A stretch of DNA of 63,441 nt, counting the filler, from Thermodesulfobacteriota bacterium (lineage in GTDB: Bacteria; DASVDK01), in NCBI GenBank assembly GCA_036381125.1. It is 5 parts of 5 records of this genome, joined end to end, with 100 filler letters (N's around TTAATTAATTAA, not from the genome) between each part and the next. Parts side by side here need not be neighbours in the genome. Positions count along the whole stretch, not along the records: positions 44,407 to 57,668 come from DASVDK010000284.1; positions 57,769 to 60,422 come from DASVDK010000291.1; positions 60,523 to 63,441 come from DASVDK010000293.1; 2 more parts are not named here. One strand, 5' to 3'. Positions 47,152 through 61,794 of the stretch are shown piece after piece. The notes beneath the pieces were generated by a model. It was not told the DNA's origin. It saw only the letters and a list, made by a program, of their open reading frames with translations, and ran no database searches. The stretch's first letter is position 1, and each line of letters opens with the position of its first letter. A program made the translations under genes and the position numbers.

Positions 47152-49257
47152 ATGACGATGAGGTTCGGCGTCCGCGGGAAGGTTGTCCTGTCGGCCGGCG
47201 CGATCGTTCTGCTTCTCCTGGTGGTGAGCACGTGGATCAACGTCGTCAGGACGCGTCGCATCATCCTCCAGGGGGTGGAGACGCGCGCCGAGGCGCTCGC
47301 CGGACGCCTGAGGGACCCGATCCAGGGCGTCGCCCAGATCGGGCTCGGGCTCGACGCGCTCGTGTCGTTCTCGGGCGACGCGAGGGTGATGGTGGACCAG
47401 AACCACGGCGTCCTCGAGTCGGTGGCCTTCGTGGACCGCGACGGCGTGATCCGCCTGCACAACGACCACGAGCGGATCGGCTCCGTCGAGACGAACGCGT
47501 CCATCCGCGAGGCGATCGACCGGTTCGAACGCGACCCGGCGGCCGCCTCGGACTTCGACGGGCTCGTCTACTCCGTGCCGGTGCGCGACGGCGAGGACAG
47601 GCTGACGGGCGCGCTGGCGTTCACCTTCTCCAGGCGACTGCTGACCGAGGACCTCTACCGCGCGCTGATCGAGCAGGGCGCGCTGCTGGTCGTCTTCCAG
47701 GTCGTCACGGTGCTCGCGCTCTCGACGCTCCTCGGGCGCACGGTCACCCGGCCGCTCGGCGCGGTCGGCGCCGCCGCCAGGGCGATCGCCGAAGGCCGGC
47801 TCGGCGAGCGGGTGCCGGTGCGCGGTCACGACGAGATCGCCGCGCTCGGCCGCCGGTTCAACGAGATGGCCGACCAGCTCGCCGCCATCATCGACCCGGT
47901 GCAGAGCGCCTCGCGGCAGGTGGGGCTCGCCTCCACGCAGGTGGCCGGCTCCCAGGGGAGCGTGCGGGAGGGGGCGGAGTCGCAGCACCGGTCGCTCGAG
48001 CGGACGGCGGCCGCGCTGGCGGAGCTCGACCGCGCGGCGGCGACCATCCAGGACCGCGTGGAGGCGGTGTCCGAGGCCGCGCAGTCGGCCTCGTCGACGA
48101 GCCTCGAGCTGGGGGCCGCGGCCGAGGAGGTGACGGCGCACGTCGACGCGCTCGCCCAGTCGGTCGAGACGACGACGGCCGGCATCACCCAGATCGCCGC
48201 CTCGCTCCGGCAGGCGGAGGCGACCATCGAGCAGCTCGCTCGGGCCACCGACACCGCGGCCTCGAGCCTGTCCCAGATGGACGCGTCCATCTCGCAGATC
48301 GAGCGGATCGCCGAGAGCGCCGCTTCGGTCTCCGCCCGCGTCGCGAAGGACGCCGAGGGGGGCCGCGACGCCGTCGAGGCGACCGTGGAGGGGATGGAGC
48401 GGATCCGGGCCTCGAGCCAGGCGGCCGCGGAGGTGCTGCGGAGCTTCGACGCGACGGCGGCCGAGATCGGCAAGATCCTCCGGATGATCGACGAGGTGGC
48501 CGACCAGACGAACCTCCTCGCGCTGAACGCCGCCATCATCGCGGCGCAGGCGGGCGAGCAGGGGCGGGGCTTCGCCGTCGTGGCGGGCGAGATCAAGGCG
48601 CTCGCCGACCGCACCGCGGTCTCGACCCGGGAGATCGCCGCGCTCGTCGAGAAGGTCCAGAAGGGCGCGCGCGCCGCGGTGTCGGCCATGGAGGAGGGCG
48701 AGACGGCCATCGCCGAGGGGGTCGCCAGGTCGCGGCGGGCCGGCGAGGCGCTGGCGGAGATCCTCTCCGGCGTCCGGGAGTCGCAGGAGATGGTCGCCCG
48801 GATCGCCCGGGCCACGCAGGAGCACGCCGTCGGCAGCCGCCAGGTGACGCAGTCGGTGGCCCAGATCTCCGACATGACGCGCGAGCTGCGGCAGGCGGCC
48901 GCCGAGCAGGCGAAGAGCGGCGCCGAGGTCGCCCGCGCCGCGGCCGCGATGACCGAGACGAGCCGCATCGTGCGCCGCTCGGCGCACGAGCAGCGCGACG
49001 GCAGCAAGGCGATCGGCCAGGTCATGGAGGGGGTGGCCGACTCGGTGAAGCGCATCGCGCAGGCGACCCAGCAGCAGAAGAACGAGACGCGCGAGATCGT
49101 GGCCACCATGGAGTCGCTCAGGCGGATCGCGGAGGTCACCCTCTCGACCGCGGGCGACATGGACGGCGTCGTCGAGACGCTCACGCGCGAGGCGGCAGCC
49201 CTCGAGGCCTCCCTGAGGAGGTTCCAGCGCGCGGCCTCTGGGACCGCGCAGGCGTAG
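47152..49257 (+). CDS. Methyl-accepting chemotaxis protein
   Basis: Two TM, HAMP (DEIAALGRRFNEM), VADQTNLLALNAAIIAAQAGEQGRGFAVVA. Confidence 0.92.
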   Translation: MTMRFGVRGKVVLSAGAIVLLLLVVSTWINVVRTRRIILQGVETRAEALAGRLRDPIQGVAQIGLGLDALVSFSGDARVMVDQNHGVLESVAFVDRDGVIRLHNDHERIGSVETNASIREAIDRFERDPAAASDFDGLVYSVPVRDGEDRLTGALAFTFSRRLLTEDLYRALIEQGALLVVFQVVTVLALSTLLGRTVTRPLGAVGAAARAIAEGRLGERVPVRGHDEIAALGRRFNEMADQLAAIIDPVQSASRQVGLASTQVAGSQGSVREGAESQHRSLERTAAALAELDRAAATIQDRVEAVSEAAQSASSTSLELGAAAEEVTAHVDALAQSVETTTAGITQIAASLRQAEATIEQLARATDTAASSLSQMDASISQIERIAESAASVSARVAKDAEGGRDAVEATVEGMERIRASSQAAAEVLRSFDATAAEIGKILRMIDEVADQTNLLALNAAIIAAQAGEQGRGFAVVAGEIKALADRTAVSTREIAALVEKVQKGARAAVSAMEEGETAIAEGVARSRRAGEALAEILSGVRESQEMVARIARATQEHAVGSRQVTQSVAQISDMTRELRQAAAEQAKSGAEVARAAAAMTETSRIVRRSAHEQRDGSKAIGQVMEGVADSVKRIAQATQQQKNETREIVATMESLRRIAEVTLSTAGDMDGVVETLTREAAALEASLRRFQRAASGTAQA

Positions 49258-49416
49258 CCCGGGGCCCGGCTCCCGGTTCGGCGCCCGGGCGCGCCGGCGC
49301 GGGGACCCGATTCGCCGACCCGGCTCACCCGACCCGGGCGGGCGCATGCCCCCGAAGCGCCCGCCGATCGAGCCGCCCCTTGACAGCCCGGGTGTGCTAG
49401 CTTAGGTAAGGCGTCC

Positions 49417-50736
49417 ATGGCGACACGGACGTCCGGGATGATCGGCGCGTACCGTCTCCTCGAGGAGATCGGGTCGGGCGGCATGTCGACGATCTACCGG
49501 GGCGAACAGGCCGCGCTCGACCGGCCCGTCGCCATCAAGGAGCTTCGCGCGCCTCTCGCGGCCGACGGGGAGATGGCGCAGCGGTTCGAGCGCGAGGCCA
49601 AGGCGTCGGCCGCCCTGTCGCACCAGAACATCGTCCAGATCTTCGACTTCATCCGGAAGGGCGGCAACGCCTACATCGTCATGGAGTACGTGGACGGCGT
49701 CGACCTCGCGCGCGTGCTGCGCGAGACCGGCCGGCTGCCGGTCCACCTCGCGCTGCCGATCGCGTACCAGGTCTGTCTCGCGCTCGAGCACGCGCACCGC
49801 CGGGGCCTCGTGCACCGCGACGTGAAGCCCTCGAACGTGATGATCTCGACCGAGGGCCGCGTGAAGCTGATGGACTTCGGCATCGCGCACAAGCGGGCGG
49901 AGACGCTGACGCAGCCCGGCTCGTTCCTCGGGACGCCGGCGTACATGTCGCCCGAGCAGGTGGTGGGCGGCGCCGTGGGGCCGGCCTCCGACGTGTTCTC
50001 GTTCGGCATCGTCCTCTACGAGCTGCTCTCGGGGACGCGGCCCTTCGTCGAGGACGCCTCGGGGTCGGTGGGACAGAAGATCGCCGAGGGGCGCTACGTG
50101 GACCCGCGGCGCGCCGCGCCGGCCATGCCGCGCGGGGTGGCGCGGGTGATCCGCACCTGCCTGGCGACGAGGCCGGAGCGGCGCTACGTGGACGCGACGG
50201 CGCTGCGATTCGCGCTCGAGGCGCTCCTGTCGAAGCGGGACCTCACCGGGGCGCGCGAGGCGATCGTCCGGTATCTCGCGGAGCGAGGCATCTTCGACCC
50301 TCGCGCCGCGATCGAGCAGTTGCCCCGGGCGCCGCTCGCGCCGCGCGTCTGGCGGGCCGCGGCGACGGCGGCCAAGCTCGCCGCGACGTCGATCATCGCG
50401 GCGCAGTGGCTCACGTCGGCCACGCTCGGCGTGGCCGGGCCGCTCGGGCTCGAGGCGCCGGGGGCCCGCGCCGCGGCGTCTCGACCGGCGCGCGAGCCCC
50501 GGCCGGTTCCGACGCAGGCGACCCTCGTCGGGCCGCCGGGACACCGGCTCTGGGTCGACGGGCGCCCGGCCGGGCGCCTCGTCGAGCTGCCGGCCGGCCG
50601 GCACGTCGTCGACCTGAGGCCGGACGGTGCGCCGTCGGGCCAGGGGGCCCGGGGGCCTCGACCGACAGCCCCGGAGGTGCCGGGCGGCGAGGCGCCGGGC
50701 GACGAGGCGTCCGCCGTGATCACGGACGCGTGGTAG
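49417..50736 (+). CDS. Hanks-type Ser/Thr protein kinase with PEGA-like tail
   Basis: IGSGGMS, VAIK, HRDVKPSN, DFG, GTPAYMSPE. Confidence 0.93.
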   Translation: MATRTSGMIGAYRLLEEIGSGGMSTIYRGEQAALDRPVAIKELRAPLAADGEMAQRFEREAKASAALSHQNIVQIFDFIRKGGNAYIVMEYVDGVDLARVLRETGRLPVHLALPIAYQVCLALEHAHRRGLVHRDVKPSNVMISTEGRVKLMDFGIAHKRAETLTQPGSFLGTPAYMSPEQVVGGAVGPASDVFSFGIVLYELLSGTRPFVEDASGSVGQKIAEGRYVDPRRAAPAMPRGVARVIRTCLATRPERRYVDATALRFALEALLSKRDLTGAREAIVRYLAERGIFDPRAAIEQLPRAPLAPRVWRAAATAAKLAATSIIAAQWLTSATLGVAGPLGLEAPGARAAASRPAREPRPVPTQATLVGPPGHRLWVDGRPAGRLVELPAGRHVVDLRPDGAPSGQGARGPRPTAPEVPGGEAPGDEASAVITDAW

Positions 50737-50983
50737 GCGTGCAAAAACGCGCGGGCGCACGGACGGCCAGCGTCACTTCGGTGACCGGGCAGGTGATCGG
50801 GCGCACGGCAGCGTGACGGTCGTTCCAGGTACCGTCGGGGCGATCGGCGGCGAGGTGCCTGACAATTCGGGGGGTTCGCTCCCTCGGCCGAACAGCCAGG
50901 GGGCGGATCGGGCCCCTGGCATAGAGGTTGCTCGAACTTCGGGAGCGACATTCCCGGCGGGCCGTACCAGGGAGGGGAACCCG

Positions 50984-51895
50984 GTGGAGAAGACCCGCTA
51001 TTACACGATCCTCGTCATCCCGGGCGCCGCGGCGAAGGTCCGCCGCATCCAGTTCCCGGTGTCCTGGGTGAAGAGGGCCGTGGTTGCCGCCAGCGTCCTC
51101 GGGCTCCTCCTGCTCGGGGTCGGGATCGACTACGTCATCCTGAAGCTCAGGTCCTTCGAGCTCGAGTCCCTCCGGCAGCTCACCGAGACCCAGAAGGCGC
51201 AGCTCACCGCCTTCGAGACGAAGATCGGCGACCTCCAGGCCCGGATGGCGGCCATCCAGACCCTCGACGAGAAGCTCCGCCAGATCACCGGCCTCGAGGA
51301 CCGGGGGCGGGCGAACCGGACGGTCGCGGTCGGCGGCGGCGAGTCGCTCGAGGACCAGCCGCAGGCGCGGCTCGACCGCGGCCGGCAGGCGCTGGCCGAG
51401 CGGATGGCCCGCGACCTCGACGCGCTGGCCGAGAACGCCGAGATGCGCAAGGCGAGCCTCGAGGAGCTCGAGGCGCACCTCGAGGCGCAGCGGGTCCAGC
51501 TCGCGTCGACGCCCTCCATCTGGCCGGTGCGCGGCTGGCTCACCTCGGACTTCGGGCCGCGCCTGAGCCCGTTCACCGAGACCACGCAGATGCACGAGGG
51601 GCTCGACATCGCGGGGCCGATCGGCGCGCCCATCAAGGCGCCGGCCGCGGGCGTGGTGGTCCGCGCGGGCGCCAACGGCTCCTACGGCAACTTCGTGGCC
51701 ATCGACCACGGCTACGGCATCCAGACCCGCTTCGGCCACCTCGACAAGGTCCTCGTGAAGGTCGGCCAGCGGGTGAAGCGGCACCAGCAGGTGGCGACGC
51801 TCGGCAACACCGGCCGCAGCACCGGTCCCCACCTCCACTACGAGGTGCGGGTGAACGGCGTTCCGGTCAACCCCGCCAAGTACATCCTGGACTAG
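50984..51895 (+). CDS. M23 family metallopeptidase
   Basis: TM + coiled coil, [17 protein letters not shown]. Confidence 0.92.
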   Translation: MEKTRYYTILVIPGAAAKVRRIQFPVSWVKRAVVAASVLGLLLLGVGIDYVILKLRSFELESLRQLTETQKAQLTAFETKIGDLQARMAAIQTLDEKLRQITGLEDRGRANRTVAVGGGESLEDQPQARLDRGRQALAERMARDLDALAENAEMRKASLEELEAHLEAQRVQLASTPSIWPVRGWLTSDFGPRLSPFTETTQMHEGLDIAGPIGAPIKAPAAGVVVRAGANGSYGNFVAIDHGYGIQTRFGHLDKVLVKVGQRVKRHQQVATLGNTGRSTGPHLHYEVRVNGVPVNPAKYILD

Positions 51896-52024
51896 CGGGC
51901 GCAGGCCGTACGGGGAGCGCGATCGAGCCGGCCGACGACCACGCGCCGTGCGGCGCGTGGCGGCCCGGAGCCTCGAGCGCCGCGGCCGGGGCAAGCGGGC
52001 AGGCGCCTCCCACGAGGGAGGTCG

Positions 52025-52054
52025 GGGCCCGGGCATCGCGCCCGGGCCCTTTTT
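52025..52054 (+). terminator. Intrinsic terminator
   Basis: GGGCCCGGGC-ATCGC-GCCCGGGCCC-TTTTT. Confidence 0.8.
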
Positions 52055-52070
52055 CGTGCCCCGGCCCGCC

Positions 52071-52100
52071 TTGCGGGGCCTCCGGCCGAGCGGCTACAAT
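52071..52100 (+). promoter_or_regulatory. Putative sigma70 promoter of secA
   Basis: TTGCGG-N18-TACAAT. Confidence 0.5.
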
Positions 52101-52133
52101 TCGGGGCTTCGAACCCCAAGGAGTTTCCAGTAC

Positions 52134-54881
<2,748 letters not shown>

Positions 54882-54920
54882 GAGGGGCTCTCGGCGGGCC
54901 GCGCGGGCCGGCCCACGCAT

Positions 54921-54949
54921 TTGAAAGTTCGGAGCCGTCGAGGTATAAG
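54921..54949 (+). promoter_or_regulatory. Sigma70 promoter of rpsB operon
   Basis: TTGAAA-N17-TATAAG. Confidence 0.65.
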
Positions 54950-54955
54950 GCCCGG

Positions 54956-55179
54956 ATGCAGTAAATACGCACGCCCTCGGCCGTATACCCCTTCGGTGCC
55001 CCACCCCCTCAACGAGACCGAGACGCGCCAGGGACCCGCCGCCGGAGCCGGCGGGCCCACGAAGCCGCGGTCACCCGTGCCCGGTCGCGGACCGGTAGGA
55101 GGCGAGGCGGGCGGGGTCTCGGGGGTCCCGGGATGGACCCGGGCGGTCAGGGCGGACGACCAACCGACAGGAGCCACAC
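54956..55179 (+). promoter_or_regulatory. Long structured rpsB leader (t44/S2 autoregulatory-like)
   Basis: ~220-nt 5' UTR with ACGCACG...CGGTGC start and GC stems, in the position of the known rpsB leader. Confidence 0.5.
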
Positions 55180-56046
55180 GTGTCCGCTCTCACCATGAAG
55201 GAGCTGCTGGAGGCCGGGGTCCACTTCGGCCACCAGACGAAGCGCTGGAACCCGAAGATGAAGCCGTACATCTTCGGCGCGCGCAACGGCATCTACATCA
55301 TCGACCTGCAGAAGACCGTCCGCATGTACCGCGAGGCGTACGCCTTCGTGCGCGACACCGTGGCGCGCGGCGAGACGGTGCTCTTCGTGGGGACCAAGAA
55401 GCAGGCGCAGGAGCCGATCGCCGAGGAGGCGAAGCGCTGCGGGATGTTCTACGTGAACTCGCGCTGGCTCGGCGGCATGCTGACCAACTTCTCGACCATC
55501 AAGAAGTCGATCGACCGGCTGCGCAAGCTCGAGCAGATGCGCGAGGAGGGGACGTACGACGTCCTGCCCAAGAAGGAGGTCGCGGCCCTCGAGCGCGAGC
55601 GCGAGAAGCTCGAGCGCTCCCTCGGCGGCATCAAGGAGATGACCCGGCTGCCGGGCTGCGTGTTCGTCATCGACACGCGCAAGGAGAAGATCGCCGTCGG
55701 CGAGGCCAAGCGGCTCGGGATCCCGACCGTGGCGGTCGTCGACACCAACTGCGACCCCGACGAGATCGACTACGTCATCCCCGGCAACGACGACGCCATC
55801 CGGGCCATCAAGCTCTTCACCTCGAAGATCGCCGACGCGGTGATCGAAGGGAAGGTCCTCTTCGAGGAGCAGGCGCGTGCAGCCGGCGCCCGGGGCCGGC
55901 GCGACCAGGACGCCGCGGCCGAGCTGGCGGCGATCGCCGAGAAGGAGGCGGGCGAGCGCGAGGGACGGGGCGGCCGCGGGCGTCGCGGCGGGCAGGCCCG
56001 CGACGCCGAGGGCGAGAAGCCGTCGGCCGCGGCGGCCGGAGAGTAG
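55180..56046 (+). CDS. rpsB: 30S ribosomal protein S2
   Basis: [38 protein letters not shown]. Confidence 0.98.
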   Translation: MSALTMKELLEAGVHFGHQTKRWNPKMKPYIFGARNGIYIIDLQKTVRMYREAYAFVRDTVARGETVLFVGTKKQAQEPIAEEAKRCGMFYVNSRWLGGMLTNFSTIKKSIDRLRKLEQMREEGTYDVLPKKEVAALEREREKLERSLGGIKEMTRLPGCVFVIDTRKEKIAVGEAKRLGIPTVAVVDTNCDPDEIDYVIPGNDDAIRAIKLFTSKIADAVIEGKVLFEEQARAAGARGRRDQDAAAELAAIAEKEAGEREGRGGRGRRGGQARDAEGEKPSAAAAGE

Positions 56047-56047
56047 C

Positions 56048-57668
<1,621 letters not shown>

Positions 57669-57768
57669 NNNNNNNNNNNNNNNNNNNNNNNNNNNNNNNN
57701 NNNNNNNNNNNNTTAATTAATTAANNNNNNNNNNNNNNNNNNNNNNNNNNNNNNNNNNNNNNNNNNNN
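57669..57768. other. Artificial contig linker
   Basis: N-run with TTAATTAATTAA. Confidence 0.99.
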
Positions 57769-58922
57769 TGCGCGAAGGGGAGGGTGAGGTCCACCGCCGG
57801 ACCGACGTCGGCGGCGGCAGGGCGTGCGGGGGGGCGGCCGACCGGGACGTCGGTCAGCTCCGAGCCGGCGGTCATGATGACGGCGCGCTCGATGGTGCGC
57901 TCGAGCTCGCGCACGTTGCCGGGCCAGGGGTGGGTGACGAGCGCCCCGAGGGCCGCCGGCGCGATGCCGGTGATCGGCTTCTTGAAGCGCTCGGCGAAGC
58001 GGGCGAGGAAGTGGGCCGCGAGGAGCGGGACGTCCTCGGTCCGCTCGCGCAGCGGCGGGATCCGGACCGCGAGCGCCTTCAGCCGGTAGAAGAGGTCCTC
58101 GCGCAGCCTCCCCTCGCGCACGAGCGTCTCGGGGTCGTGCCGGGTGGCCGCCACGATCCGGACGCTCACCCCTCCCTCCTGCAGGACGCGCACGAGTCCG
58201 TACTGGACGGCCGGACCGGTCACGCCGATCTCGTCGAGGAAGAGCGTGCCGCCCTCGGCGGCGTCGAGCGTGCCGCCGCGACGGAAGAGGTCGCGCTCGA
58301 GGAGCGCGTCGGGGATGGCGCCGCACGAGGCGGCGACGAAGGGCCCGCCGCGCCGATCGCTCCGCTCGTGCAGCTCGCGCGCGACCAGCGCCTTGCCCGT
58401 GCCGGTCTCGCCGATGACGAGCACCGGCGCGTCGACGCCGGCGAGCGTGCGAATCAGGGCGAAGACCTGCTGCATCGCCTGGCTGCGGCCGACGAGGCGT
58501 CCCATCCCCTCGGCGGCCTGCGCCGCGCCGCGCAGCCGCGCGATCTCCTGCCTGAGCGCCGACCGCTCGAGGCAGCGCCGCACGACGAGGTGCAGCATCT
58601 CGACCGATACCGGCTTCTCGAGGAACTCCGCCGCGCCCCCCTTCATCGCCTCGATGGCCCGCTCGATCGTGCCGTAGCCGGTGACGAGGACGACCTCGGC
58701 CGTCGGCTGCTCGACCTTGAGCGTCTTGAGGAAGTCGAGGCCGGACAGCTCCGGCATCATGACGTCGGCCAGGATGGCGTCGTACGTCCGCTGGCGGACG
58801 AGGGCGAGCCCCTCGCGGCCGTCGACCGCCACGTCGACCGCGAGGTCGGGGATCTCCGCGAGCGTCTGGGCGAAGAAGCCCCGGACGAGCGCGTCGTCCT
58901 CGACGACGAGGCAGCGGCGCAT
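57769..58922 (-). CDS. NtrC-like response regulator/AAA+ protein lacking GAFTGA (3'-partial)
   Basis: Receiver (VEDD, ADVMMP, KP), GETGTGK, FLDEIG, REDLFYRL, WPGNVREL. Confidence 0.9.
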
Positions 58923-58929
58923 CGAGCGG

Positions 58930-59850
58930 CTACTCGCCCGCGATGCGCCGCCGCTCGCGCTGGTAGGCGATCTCCTGATCGATGAGCGCGGACAGCTCTT
59001 CGGCGCTCTTGAGGCCGGGGGTGACCCGGCCGTTGATCACCAGCGTCGGCGTCGAGTCGACGCCGATCGCCTGGCCCTCGGCGAAGTCCGCCTGGACCCG
59101 TGCCTTCGGCGCCGGCGAGTCGAGGCACGCCTCGAAGCGCGCGACCGGGAGCCCTTCGGTGCGGGCCCATCGCACGACCCGCCCCCGGTGGTTCTCCGGG
59201 GTGAAGGCGTCCTGCTGGTCGAAGTAGAGGTCGTGGAGCTTCCAGAACGCGGCGTCGCCGCCCACCTGTCGCGCGCACTCGGCCGCGACGGCCGCCGGCT
59301 CGGCCCACGGATGGATCCCTCGCAGCGGGAAGTGCTTGAAGACCCACCGCACGTCGCGCGCCAGGGGGCCGGACGTGATCGCGTCGACGACCGGCGACAT
59401 GCGCCGGCAGTACGGGCACTGGAAGTCGGAGTACTCGACGATCGTCACCGTCGCCTGCGGCTCGCCGCGACCCGGCCGGTCGCGGAGGTCGATCGCGGCG
59501 GCGGTCGCCGCGAAGGGGTCCTGGGCCAGGTCGAGGAACCGCGCGAGCGCGACGTACCGCCCGTCGGTGCTCCGGATGATCTCGATCGTCTGCGCGCGGT
59601 CCCCCTCGCCGACGGTGATCGGCACGGACTCGACGCCCGCCGCCGGTCCGGGCCTCGGCGCGCCGACGGCGACCGTGACGGTGCGCGGCAGGCCGTAGAA
59701 GCGCCGCAGGAACAGCTCGAGCGACACGCTCCGGCCGTCCCGGGCTGTCGGGGCGCCGCCGAGCACGCTCGACGCCAGGACGCCGGCCGCCGCGAGGACG
59801 ACGGCCGCAAGAACGATGGCGGTGGACCGCCGACGGATGGGAATTCGCAC
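58930..59850 (-). CDS. DsbA/thioredoxin family protein with signal anchor
   Basis: EYSDFQCPYC, FKHFPL, STPTLVING. Confidence 0.9.
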   Translation of the reverse strand: MRIPIRRRSTAIVLAAVVLAAAGVLASSVLGGAPTARDGRSVSLELFLRRFYGLPRTVTVAVGAPRPGPAAGVESVPITVGEGDRAQTIEIIRSTDGRYVALARFLDLAQDPFAATAAAIDLRDRPGRGEPQATVTIVEYSDFQCPYCRRMSPVVDAITSGPLARDVRWVFKHFPLRGIHPWAEPAAVAAECARQVGGDAAFWKLHDLYFDQQDAFTPENHRGRVVRWARTEGLPVARFEACLDSPAPKARVQADFAEGQAIGVDSTPTLVINGRVTPGLKSAEELSALIDQEIAYQRERRRIAGE

Positions 59851-59897
59851 GGGATTCCTCCGGGACCGCCCCCCTTAGCATCAGGGGCCCGGTTCTG

Positions 59898-60089
59898 TCA
59901 ACCTCGGTCGGCGTCTTCGGGCTCGGGGGCCTGGATCGGGCAGGCGGGGACGACCTCGCCGAGCGCCTCGGCGACCGGCAGGAGGCCCTCCCAGAGGTCG
60001 CAGATCGTCACCGTGCCGTCGGGGTCGATGAAGATCCGTACCTCGTCGAAGGCCGGCCGCGGCTCCCGGCCGGCGGGTGCGTCAGGCAC
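59898..60089 (-). CDS. Small hypothetical protein
   Basis: EVRIFIDPDGTVTICDLWEGLLPVAEALG; start overlaps upstream stop; GGAGAG SD. Confidence 0.55.
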   Translation of the reverse strand: MPDAPAGREPRPAFDEVRIFIDPDGTVTICDLWEGLLPVAEALGEVVPACPIQAPEPEDADRG

Positions 60090-60422
60090 GGTGCTCTCCC
60101 GTCTCCAGGTGCTGCACGCGGCTCCGGAAGGAGCCGTCGCGGCACTGGCGGGCGTACCGGAGGTGCCGGGCGGCGCGGTCGTCGCCCGGCACGAAGGCGA
60201 GGGCCGCCGAGAAGAAGTCGATGGCGCGCGCGTAGTCGCGCACCCGGTAGGCGGCGAGGCCCGCCTCGAAGGCGGCCTGCCCCCGCGCGGCGGCGAGCGC
60301 GGCGCTGTCGCGGCCGTCGGCGGCCTGCGGCGGCTCGAGCACGGCCGCGCGGCCGAAGGCGACGAGCGCCGCCTCCGCGTCGCCGCGAACGAGCGCCGCC
60401 TCCCCGGCGGCGAAGGCCAGCG
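60082..60422 (-). CDS. TPR-like protein, C-terminal part
   Basis: AFEAGLAAYRVRDYARAIDFFSAALAFVP.D..A TPR pattern. Confidence 0.6.
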
Positions 60423-60522
60423 NNNNNNNNNNNNNNNNNNNNNNNNNNNNNNNNNNNNNNNNNNNNTTAATTAATTAANNNNNNNNNNNNNNNNNNNNNN
60501 NNNNNNNNNNNNNNNNNNNNNN
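60423..60522. other. Artificial contig linker
   Basis: N-run with TTAATTAATTAA. Confidence 0.99.
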
Positions 60523-61721
60523 GAGCCGAGCGCCAGCTCGACCTCCCCATCGTGGAGGACGACGGTCGGGGCCATCATGCTGAACACGCGCAGCCCCGGC
60601 TCGTGGCGGTGGTAGCCGAGCGGGTTGAGGTCCTGCTCGCCGAGCATGTTGTTGAGGTGGAGGCCGGTGCCCGGGATGACGACGCCCGAGCCCGAGCCGT
60701 TCGAGCAGGTGACGCTCGCGCACGCCCCGTCGTCGTCGAGCACGGCGATGTGGGTCGTCGAGCCGAGCCGGCCGGCCTCGTGGTCGAGCGCGGCGGCGGC
60801 GAGGAAGCGCTCGAGGTAGCCCTCGCTGTGGAGCCCTAGGACGAACTCCTCGGTCCGCATCCGGTTCGCGCACGCGCTCGCCTCGACGAACGCGGCCACG
60901 TCGGCGACCGCCCCGCGCCGCTCGAGCAGGCCGAGCGCGTACGCGATGAGGATGCCGCCCGACGACGGCGGCGGGTTGGTGAGCACGCGCCGCCCCCGGT
61001 AGGCGGTCTCGGCGGGGCGCCGCTCGACCGGCTCGTAGGCGGCGAGGTCGGCCTCGCTCACCAGCCCACCGTGCTCGAGCAGCCAGGCGCTCGCGGCGCG
61101 GCCGACGTCGCCGCGGTAGAGGAAGCCCGGGCCCTCCGTCCCGAGCCGCTCGAGCAGGTCGGCGAGCTCGGGCTGGCGGAGCCGCTCGCCCTCGCGCAGC
61201 GGCCGCCCCTCCGGCTCGTACAGCGCGGCGCCCTCGGGCGTGGCGGCGAAGACCGGGCTGAGGATCTGGTGGAGGTACTCCTGCATCCGCGTCAGCGGCA
61301 CGCCCTTGCGTGCGGCCGCCGCGGGCGCGCCGACGAGGTCGGACAGCGACGCGGTGCCGAAGCGCGCGAGCGCCGCGGCGAGCCCGGCGGGCGTCCCGTA
61401 GACGCCGCAGGAGGACGGCCCGACGTGGAAGACCTGCGTGGCGTCCTCGGAGAAGACGACCTCGACCGGCACGAGCGGCGCCGGCGGGGCGACCGCGTCG
61501 CGCCCGGGCGCGGCGACGAAGAAGTCGAGCAGGTGGTCCTCGCCGTCGGCGGTGTGGACGAGCATGAAGCCGCCCGCGCCGAGCCCGGTGAGGGCCGGCT
61601 CGGCGACGAACGACATGAGCACGGCGGCGACCGCGGCGTCGACGGCGTTGCCGCCTTCGCGCAGCACCTGCGCGCCGGCCTCGGCGGTCAGCGGATGGCC
61701 GGCTGCGACCACCCCACCCAT
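60523..61721 (-). CDS. ggt: Gamma-glutamyltransferase family protein (3'-partial)
   Basis: GGNAVDAAVA, TGLGAGGF, PPPSSGG, STTH catalytic Thr, LNNMLGE, SMMAPT. Confidence 0.9.
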
Positions 61722-61727
61722 GTCGTG

Positions 61728-61733
61728 AACCTA
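61728..61733 (-). promoter_or_regulatory. -10 box for a leaderless ggt transcript
   Basis: TAGGTT-N6-ATG, no SD. Confidence 0.5.
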
Positions 61734-61794
61734 CCCGGTGCGGCCCCCTCCGGCGCGGAGGGCGGGGCGCCGGGACGCTCCCCGGCGTCCGGGA

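Noticed and set aside
49380-49408. TTGACA upstream of the kinase as a sigma70 promoter
   Set aside because: Best -10 (TAGCTT) is only 12 nt away; the hexamer at 17 nt is poor
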